Assembly (NCBI GenBank): GCA_043818275.1 | Contig: JBDRFY010000064.1 | Coordinates: 1-54,463, forward strand | Source: a bacterium | GTDB taxonomy: Bacteria > Babelota > Babeliae > Babelales > JAUWHS01 | Direction: 5' to 3' | DNA length: 54,463 bases | Shown here: positions 47,157 through 54,463 of the stretch, in pieces | Position numbering within the stretch: the first letter of the stretch is position 1 | Layout of the letters: every line of letters starts with the position of its first letter | The notes under the pieces: generated by a model | Seen by the model: only the letters and a program-made list of their open reading frames with translations | The model's database searches: none | Told to the model about the DNA's origin: nothing | Position numbers and translations under genes: made by a program

Positions 47157-49163
47157 ATGAAACTTAAAAAAATTTTAATCTATTTTTTTTTAATTTTACC
47201 TATTTTATTTTCAATTGCATTTGCAAAACCACCAAAAAGAAAAACTTCATCGTTAACAGAAAATCCAATGGTATTAGATTTTGATCAGTGGATAAATTTT
47301 GTAAAAAGTGATTGGTCTGATCAGAAAAATAAATCAAAAGAATATTTAAAAGCAGTTGAAGAAAAATGTAAAAAAACGCAAAAAATCGTAAAAGAGTTTA
47401 TTAATGAAAACTTAAACTTTTTGAATCAAAACGATTTATGGGAGGATTTAATTCAATCAGATAAAATTGATGCGTTAAAAAAACTGAAAAAAAAGATTCT
47501 TAAAAATCCAGTAGATTTAAACACTGTTCCAAGGGATTATTTTATTAAGCCAAAAAATATTTTTATTACATCTGTTTTACCAGTTGCTGAAAAGCTAATT
47601 GTTCCCCGAAATAGTAAAGTATTTGTTTTTGGTGATTTTCATGGAAATTTTGATGCTATTGAAAAACTTTTTCAAAATTTCATTAAAAGAAATGTTTTAA
47701 ATGAGCAACTTGAGATTAAGGGAGATAATTATTTTATTTTCCTGGGTGATTATGTTGATAGAGGTCGGCAGGGAATAGAAATTCTTTTGACTCTATTTAG
47801 GTTAAAAATACAAAATCAAAAAAAAGTTATTCTTATTCGTGGCAATCATGAGACTTTAATACAGAATTTGACGGATGGATTCATCTTTTGGAGTCAAAAT
47901 ACAAAAGGTGAACTTTTAACAAAAATGTCTTATTTAGAAACAAAAAAATCAAATGAATTAATAAATTTAATTTTATTTTCATATGAATTTATGCCGATTA
48001 CGGTTTTTTTGGGTTATGAAAATGGAATTGTAACTAAATTTATTGAATTGAGTCATGGCGCAATTGATCATAGATATAATCCGCAGAAATTTTTAGATTC
48101 AGCATCATCAAAAGATGAATCAATGCGATTTAGTGAAATAAAATTAGAAAATTTTATGGATCTGAAATCAGTTTTCAAAAATTATGAAGAAATAGAAAGA
48201 CAACCACAATTTATAGAATTTAGTTTTAATTGGAGTGATATAGATTCAAATCCATTAAAAAATTTATCTGTAAATCTTAGCGGCAGGGGTATTGGATTTA
48301 AATATAATACAAAATTTATAGATAAGTATTTTAATGAAGTAAGTTCTGATAAAAGCAAAATTGAATTACTAATAAGAGCTCATGAACATGCCATGCCTTA
48401 TCAAATGAGAAAAGACAGAATTGGTGCTTTTCCGATTGGTGATACCGCAATTACTGTGATGTCAGGAATTTATGAAACAGATGAAGTTGATTTTTCATGG
48501 AAATTTTTGAATTATTATCCAACATTTTTGGAATTAACTCCTCCTCAAACAAATCAAGGTGACTGGAATATAGAAATTAAGTATTTAAAAAATGGCAAAG
48601 AAGAAACAGATGATAAATTTGAATTTATAGGAGAAAAAAAAGAAGCAGCAGAAAAAATTTTAAGGGTTGTTAAAAAGAATTTACAAAATTATAAACAAAA
48701 AAGAGATGAAGAGAGAAAAGAGATTGATGAAAAAATTAAAGATTTGAAAATAGATGAACAGTTACAGCGTAACGACTTAGATTTTCTTTTAAACGAAATT
48801 TCTGACTTAGATAAAAATAAAAAAGAAAGAACTGAATTATCAAAGTTAATAAAAGAAGGGTTTTGGTCCACAAATTATTTTGGTGGGAATAATAAAGAGT
48901 TTGCAGATTTTATTTTAACTTTAAAAATTAAAGCAAATTATCAGGATTATCTTAATCAAAAATTGAAAGAATTAGTTGAGGAGAGAAAAAATAAACTATC
49001 TCCTAAAGATATTTTTTATTTTGAGTTTAACCCCCATCAAGCGTTAAAACCTTTGGAGCAATCTCCTTCTCGTGGAAAAACGAAAAGAAAAACAACATTA
49101 TCAACGATTACAGAAGAAGATGAAGAGTCGGCAATTGATATATGGAACGATCCATTTAATTAA
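47157..49163 (+). CDS. Secreted PPP-family Ser/Thr phosphatase, eukaryote-like
   Basis: Signal peptide; GDFHG, GDYVDRG, RGNHE, HG, WSD, RG.G, IRAHE and ITV.S motifs; C-terminal coiled coil. Confidence 0.88.
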   Translation: MKLKKILIYFFLILPILFSIAFAKPPKRKTSSLTENPMVLDFDQWINFVKSDWSDQKNKSKEYLKAVEEKCKKTQKIVKEFINENLNFLNQNDLWEDLIQSDKIDALKKLKKKILKNPVDLNTVPRDYFIKPKNIFITSVLPVAEKLIVPRNSKVFVFGDFHGNFDAIEKLFQNFIKRNVLNEQLEIKGDNYFIFLGDYVDRGRQGIEILLTLFRLKIQNQKKVILIRGNHETLIQNLTDGFIFWSQNTKGELLTKMSYLETKKSNELINLILFSYEFMPITVFLGYENGIVTKFIELSHGAIDHRYNPQKFLDSASSKDESMRFSEIKLENFMDLKSVFKNYEEIERQPQFIEFSFNWSDIDSNPLKNLSVNLSGRGIGFKYNTKFIDKYFNEVSSDKSKIELLIRAHEHAMPYQMRKDRIGAFPIGDTAITVMSGIYETDEVDFSWKFLNYYPTFLELTPPQTNQGDWNIEIKYLKNGKEETDDKFEFIGEKKEAAEKILRVVKKNLQNYKQKRDEERKEIDEKIKDLKIDEQLQRNDLDFLLNEISDLDKNKKERTELSKLIKEGFWSTNYFGGNNKEFADFILTLKIKANYQDYLNQKLKELVEERKNKLSPKDIFYFEFNPHQALKPLEQSPSRGKTKRKTTLSTITEEDEESAIDIWNDPFN

Positions 49164-49169
49164 AAAATA

Positions 49170-49193
49170 ATGCCCCGCAAAAAAGCGGGGCAT
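49170..49193. terminator. Bidirectional intrinsic terminator
   Basis: ATGCCCCGC-A6-GCGGGGCAT between convergent genes. Confidence 0.82.
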
Positions 49194-49202
49194 ATTTTTA
49201 GA

Positions 49203-50126
49203 TTATTTTTTTTGTCTTAATAAATTATTTATTGCCTGATTTAAGCTGTTAATACTTGCGGGAAAGTTAAAAATTTCAATATCTTTTATGACATCATCAC
49301 GCATTTTTTCAGAAAAATAATTATTGTTTTTTAATAAATTGATAAATTTTTCTTTTTGTTTAGCAAAATCTTTTTCATCTAATGCTTCTTTTAATTTAAT
49401 TTTTAATTCTTCAATTTGTTCTTTTGTGATACCTGGATTTAATGTTATTAGACGTAAATGAGCTAATAACAGATTTGTTTCAGCTTTTTGTAATTTATTT
49501 TTGTTTTGCTGGATAAAATTTTTAAATGCCTGAATTAAATCATTTATTTCTTCGATTTTAATTTCGTCTAAATTTTTTTCTGTTTTAATTTTGTCCCAGG
49601 GTTGTGTTCTAAAGCCATACATGCCAATTTGAATTGAAACTAATGTTTCAGGTAATCCGGTTTCTTTAATTAAAGTTTCAAACGCTTTTAATAGTGCATC
49701 TTCTTTTTCTTTAATTTGTTTTTCAAGATCTAGTATTGTTTTCTGACTATTATCTGTTTGAGTTTGTGTCGGTTGAGCAGCTTCTTTTTGTATTTGTAAA
49801 AGAGTTGATTTAAGAGTTTGAATTTCTTTTCGCATCGTTTCTATGTTTTGCATACCTGATTCAAGAGTTAAAACTTTTTTTGCATATTCTGGATCGTAAG
49901 ATATTCCTTCTTTTGATTTAAATGCTTGGATTGGTAATGCTTGGATTGGTTTTGAAGTATCTTGTATTTTAGTTGCTGTAGACATTGTTTCTTTAATTTC
50001 TATTGTTGATGTTGCAGGAGTTTTTTTAGGTTCTTCTTTCATATAAGTTTTTGATCTTTTTGTATAAACAGATGTTGTAATGGCGAATAAAAGCATTGAT
50101 GAAAATATTATTTTTATAATTTTCAT
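49203..50126 (-). CDS. Hypothetical secreted coiled-coil protein
   Basis: AAGGAG SD, signal peptide, Thr-rich linker, heptad pattern; 15-bp tandem duplication at 49921-49950. Confidence 0.7.
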   Translation of the reverse strand: MKIIKIIFSSMLLFAITTSVYTKRSKTYMKEEPKKTPATSTIEIKETMSTATKIQDTSKPIQALPIQAFKSKEGISYDPEYAKKVLTLESGMQNIETMRKEIQTLKSTLLQIQKEAAQPTQTQTDNSQKTILDLEKQIKEKEDALLKAFETLIKETGLPETLVSIQIGMYGFRTQPWDKIKTEKNLDEIKIEEINDLIQAFKNFIQQNKNKLQKAETNLLLAHLRLITLNPGITKEQIEELKIKLKEALDEKDFAKQKEKFINLLKNNNYFSEKMRDDVIKDIEIFNFPASINSLNQAINNLLRQKK

Positions 50127-50405
50127 TTTTTCTCCTTTGATAATAATAAATTTATATTGATATCATTTCTTATTTTGCTATTTTTTGGGGTTAATAGTCA
50201 ATAATTTTACTTTTTTGGTTTTATTTTAAACAGTATTTTTTAATCAGGTGACAAATCTTTATTTATTTTCACAAGAAATCTTAGTCTGTTAATATTAGAT
50301 CTGATTGATTTTTTCTTTTTTTAACATATAATAATCCATTCAGTTTGAATGTTGAAAATTTAAGTTTTTTATTAGTCAGGTTTTATAAACTTGAAAGGAT
50401 TTTTC

Positions 50406-50699
50406 ATGACAAAAATAACGCCTCTTTACGATCGTATTTTGATTAAAAGAGTTGAGGGAGAAGATAAGACTGAGGGAGGAATTATAATTCCTGATACAGC
50501 AAAGGAAAAAACCCAAATTGGTGTTGCTATTAGCGTTGGAAATGGCAAATTAAATAGCGACGGTAGTGTAAGACCAATGAATGTGAAGATAAATGACAAG
50601 GTTCTTTTTGGTAAGTTTTCCGGAGTTGATGTTTCATTTGGTGGTCAGGATTATTTAATTTTGAAAGAAGATGAAGTTTTAGGGATTATAGAAGGATAA
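50406..50699 (+). CDS. groES: Co-chaperonin GroES
   Basis: PLYDRILIKR, T.GGIIIPDTAKEK and VLFGK; ATG at 50406 follows AAAGGA. Confidence 0.97.
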   Translation: MTKITPLYDRILIKRVEGEDKTEGGIIIPDTAKEKTQIGVAISVGNGKLNSDGSVRPMNVKINDKVLFGKFSGVDVSFGGQDYLILKEDEVLGIIEG

Positions 50700-50750
50700 C
50701 CCCTCGACACATTTGACAATCCCGCTATTTGCGGGACGGTGCTCGGGGTG
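50699..50750. repeat. GC-rich nested palindromic element between groES and groEL
   Basis: ACCCCTCGACAC...GTGCTCGGGGT outer arms with inner TCCCGC-N5-GCGGGA. Confidence 0.6.
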
Positions 50751-50762
50751 ATTTTTTTATAG

Positions 50763-52427
<1,665 letters not shown>

Positions 52428-52444
52428 TTTTTAGATTTTTTATA

Positions 52445-52473
52445 AAAAGAGCCCCGTTAAATGGGGCTCTTTT
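52445..52473. terminator. Bidirectional intrinsic terminator
   Basis: AAAAGAGCCCC-N7-GGGGCTCTTTT. Confidence 0.85.
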
Positions 52474-52963
52474 AGTTTTCTAATTCTAAAATGCATTGAA
52501 TAATTAATGACAGCCAAGATTGATTTGATTGGTTTGGATTAGTTTGAAATGTTAAAATTTTTATATAAAAAAAATTAATCATATTATTTACATAATTTTC
52601 ATTGAGAAATGGATCTTCATGTTCATTATTTTCTTCATATTCATTTTCCGTAATGTCGTATTGAGCATGTGGGCTCACTGTACCAAAATGGTTTAGCAAT
52701 TCTTTTATTGCTTTTTCATTATTTTCGAATTTTTTATAAATGATTTTACAAAAGGTACTTTTTTGATTGTCATTAGAGTTGTCGAAAAATTTAGATACTT
52801 CTTTTTGCAGAAAGTTTAATTTTTCTTGTTGATTAGTATCTTCATTCTGAAGTATTTTTACAATATTGTTTTTTAATTGTTGCAAATTTATTACTGCTTT
52901 TGATATTTGAGTTGTAAGAAAAATTGAAAAAATAGAATAAAATAGAATCTTTTTTATCTTCAT
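52472..52963 (-). CDS. Hypothetical secreted protein
   Basis: MKIKK-type signal peptide, G-rich SD. Confidence 0.65.
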   Translation of the reverse strand: MKIKKILFYSIFSIFLTTQISKAVINLQQLKNNIVKILQNEDTNQQEKLNFLQKEVSKFFDNSNDNQKSTFCKIIYKKFENNEKAIKELLNHFGTVSPHAQYDITENEYEENNEHEDPFLNENYVNNMINFFYIKILTFQTNPNQSNQSWLSLIIQCILELEN

Positions 52964-53090
52964 TTGTCCCTTGCCCCCGAAAAATGTTTTTTATAATTAA
53001 ATTCAGCTTTACTATCCCCACATGAAATTATAAACAATTTAAACTTTCCATTGGAATAGATTTGATAAATTGAGTTGTTTTTAAGACAAA

Positions 53091-53127
53091 CCCTTAGACC
53101 CTTTGATAACCTCAGGGTTTAGGGTGA
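53091..53127. repeat. Degenerate nested palindromic element (CTCAGG family)
   Basis: CCCTTAGACCCTTTGATAACCTCAGGGTTTAGGG. Confidence 0.5.
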
Positions 53128-53219
53128 AAGTTTTTTCTGCAATCTCTTTATTTATGATTTGTTTTTTTGTTAACATTACATTAGATTTTATGGGGTATTA
53201 ATGTTCGGGGGGATTCAAA

Positions 53220-53606
53220 ATGAAGAAAAATATATTTTTTATGATTTTTTGCTGCTTATTTTTTTATATTGAAAATTCTTTTGCGAGCCCAAATGTGGTT
53301 AAGCCCAAAGGACCTCAGATTTTTTCATCTGAAAGAAGTTCTACAATTAAATCAATTGGAGATTTAAATAAATTTTGTCCAAATTTATTTAAAATTTTGA
53401 TTAATCCAGGTTTTTTGTTTGTTTTGAGTGAAAGCCAATTTCTGAGAACAATAGATCAGTTACAAGCTTTGTTAAATGAAATAAATTTATTATTTGAGAA
53501 AGATACACTTTTTGTTGAGGCCTCTTTTTTGACAAAAATAAATTTAATTAAAGGACAAGTTGATCAGGTATTAGAATATTTGGAATTAGTTTTAAGTTCA
53601 GAATAA
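53220..53606 (+). CDS. Hypothetical secreted protein
   Basis: Signal peptide ending SFA, GGGGGA SD. Confidence 0.65.
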   Translation: MKKNIFFMIFCCLFFYIENSFASPNVVKPKGPQIFSSERSSTIKSIGDLNKFCPNLFKILINPGFLFVLSESQFLRTIDQLQALLNEINLLFEKDTLFVEASFLTKINLIKGQVDQVLEYLELVLSSE

Positions 53607-53636
53607 AATTTTAAAAAATAAAAGAATTATTTTTTT

Positions 53637-53662
53637 AAAGCCCGCGTTAGCGGGCTTTCTTT
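53637..53662 (+). terminator. Rho-independent terminator
   Basis: AAAGCCCGC-GTTA-GCGGGCTTT followed by a T-rich tail. Confidence 0.8.
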
Positions 53663-53695
53663 ATTGACTTTTACCTGTTTTTCTATAACCTTTGT

Positions 53696-53727
53696 GCCTG
53701 TCCTGCGAAGTTTTAACGAAGCAGGGC
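53696..53727. repeat. Short imperfect palindromic REP-like element
   Basis: CCTGCGAAGTTTTAACGAAGCAGG. Confidence 0.45.
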
Positions 53728-53777
53728 CCAGTGGGTCTTTATTTTGGTGGGGATTTTTTAGGTAGAGGGACAAAGTC

Positions 53778-54362
53778 ATGAAAAAATACCTTTTATTTTA
53801 TGTTTTGTTTGTAAGTATTTTGGGATGCCAAGCAGTTGATGTTGAATTAGAAAGAAAAGCGGAATTATTGGCAGATGATGTACTTATAGCGACCTGTTCC
53901 AATATGACTATAAATTTTGATGATCTGGAATTTTTGGAAAAAGTTTCTGAAGACGAATTAAAAAATGAAGAATTCGTTAGTTTATTTGAAGTTAAATTAG
54001 CAGCATTAAAAAAAGAAACTGAAGATGAAAATGAACTGACTTCTTATGTTGAATTTCTAGCGAAAAAAGAAGCGCAATGTTTTATTGGTTTGAATAAAGA
54101 TGAATTGCGGGAACAGTTAGAAGTATTTAGAAAACAAATTAATGATTTATTTGATTCTAAAATTGATAAAAACAAAGAAAATCGCAAGGAAATAGAAAGT
54201 AAAATTAATGAAGTTAAAAAAAATATAAAAGGTGAAGATAAAGAAGCCCTCTTTAATTTTGAAAATGTCCAGAAAATTTATAAAAGATATTTAATCGAAA
54301 AAATAATAAAAGATCTTATAGAACAGGAGTTACGCAATATAACCAAAGTTTCTACTGAATGA
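53778..54362 (+). CDS. Hypothetical secreted acidic helical protein
   Basis: Signal peptide, GAGGGA SD, E/K-rich. Confidence 0.68.
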   Translation: MKKYLLFYVLFVSILGCQAVDVELERKAELLADDVLIATCSNMTINFDDLEFLEKVSEDELKNEEFVSLFEVKLAALKKETEDENELTSYVEFLAKKEAQCFIGLNKDELREQLEVFRKQINDLFDSKIDKNKENRKEIESKINEVKKNIKGEDKEALFNFENVQKIYKRYLIEKIIKDLIEQELRNITKVSTE

Positions 54363-54394
54363 CCTTATCCGTTGCCACGATTTAGTCAGTTTTG

Positions 54395-54428
54395 CGGACT
54401 GAAGATAACTTACCGCATCTTCAGTCCG
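54395..54428. repeat. Perfect 12-bp inverted repeat (terminator or REP-like hairpin)
   Basis: CGGACTGAAGAT-N10-ATCTTCAGTCCG downstream of the last ORF. Confidence 0.7.
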
Positions 54429-54463
54429 TTCATAATTTAATTTAAAAGATACTTCTTGCAAAA

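Noticed and set aside
49921..49950. 15-bp tandem duplication (PIQAL/PIQAF)
   Set aside because: Only two in-frame copies in a linker; an ordinary slippage product

Overview
AT-rich bacterial chromosome segment read in the standard code (TGA is used as stop). The gene content (diderm envelope genes, nucleoside salvage, many small secreted orphans, a eukaryote-like effector) suggests a reduced, protist-associated bacterium such as Ca. Dependentiae/Babelota; this is inference, not a database match. The window opens at oriC (8 perfect DnaA boxes plus a B. subtilis-like unwinding motif). It continues through udg-comEC-yajC, eno, a hicAB cassette flanked by a duplicated rtcB 3' end, rtcB-archease-mpg, and a type II secretion cluster with two secretins and a gspC frameshifted in an A12 tract. 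Next come moxR, a degenerate NtrC-like regulator, mlaFE, secG, tpiA, two related beta-barrel OMPs, mreB, murE, dtd, recD2, a deoxynucleoside kinase, a partial F-type ATPase operon with a Na+-type c subunit, a candidate C-rich sRNA, a P2A ATPase, a class I aldolase and a LOG protein. The most novel-looking locus is 41353-49163: two tandem ~930-960 aa secreted paralogs, each with three Methyltransf_FA-like repeats around a Gly/Ala-rich segment, followed by a secreted PP1/PP2A-like phosphatase. The window ends with groES-groEL and secreted orphans. No tRNA, rRNA, CRISPR array or transposase was seen.
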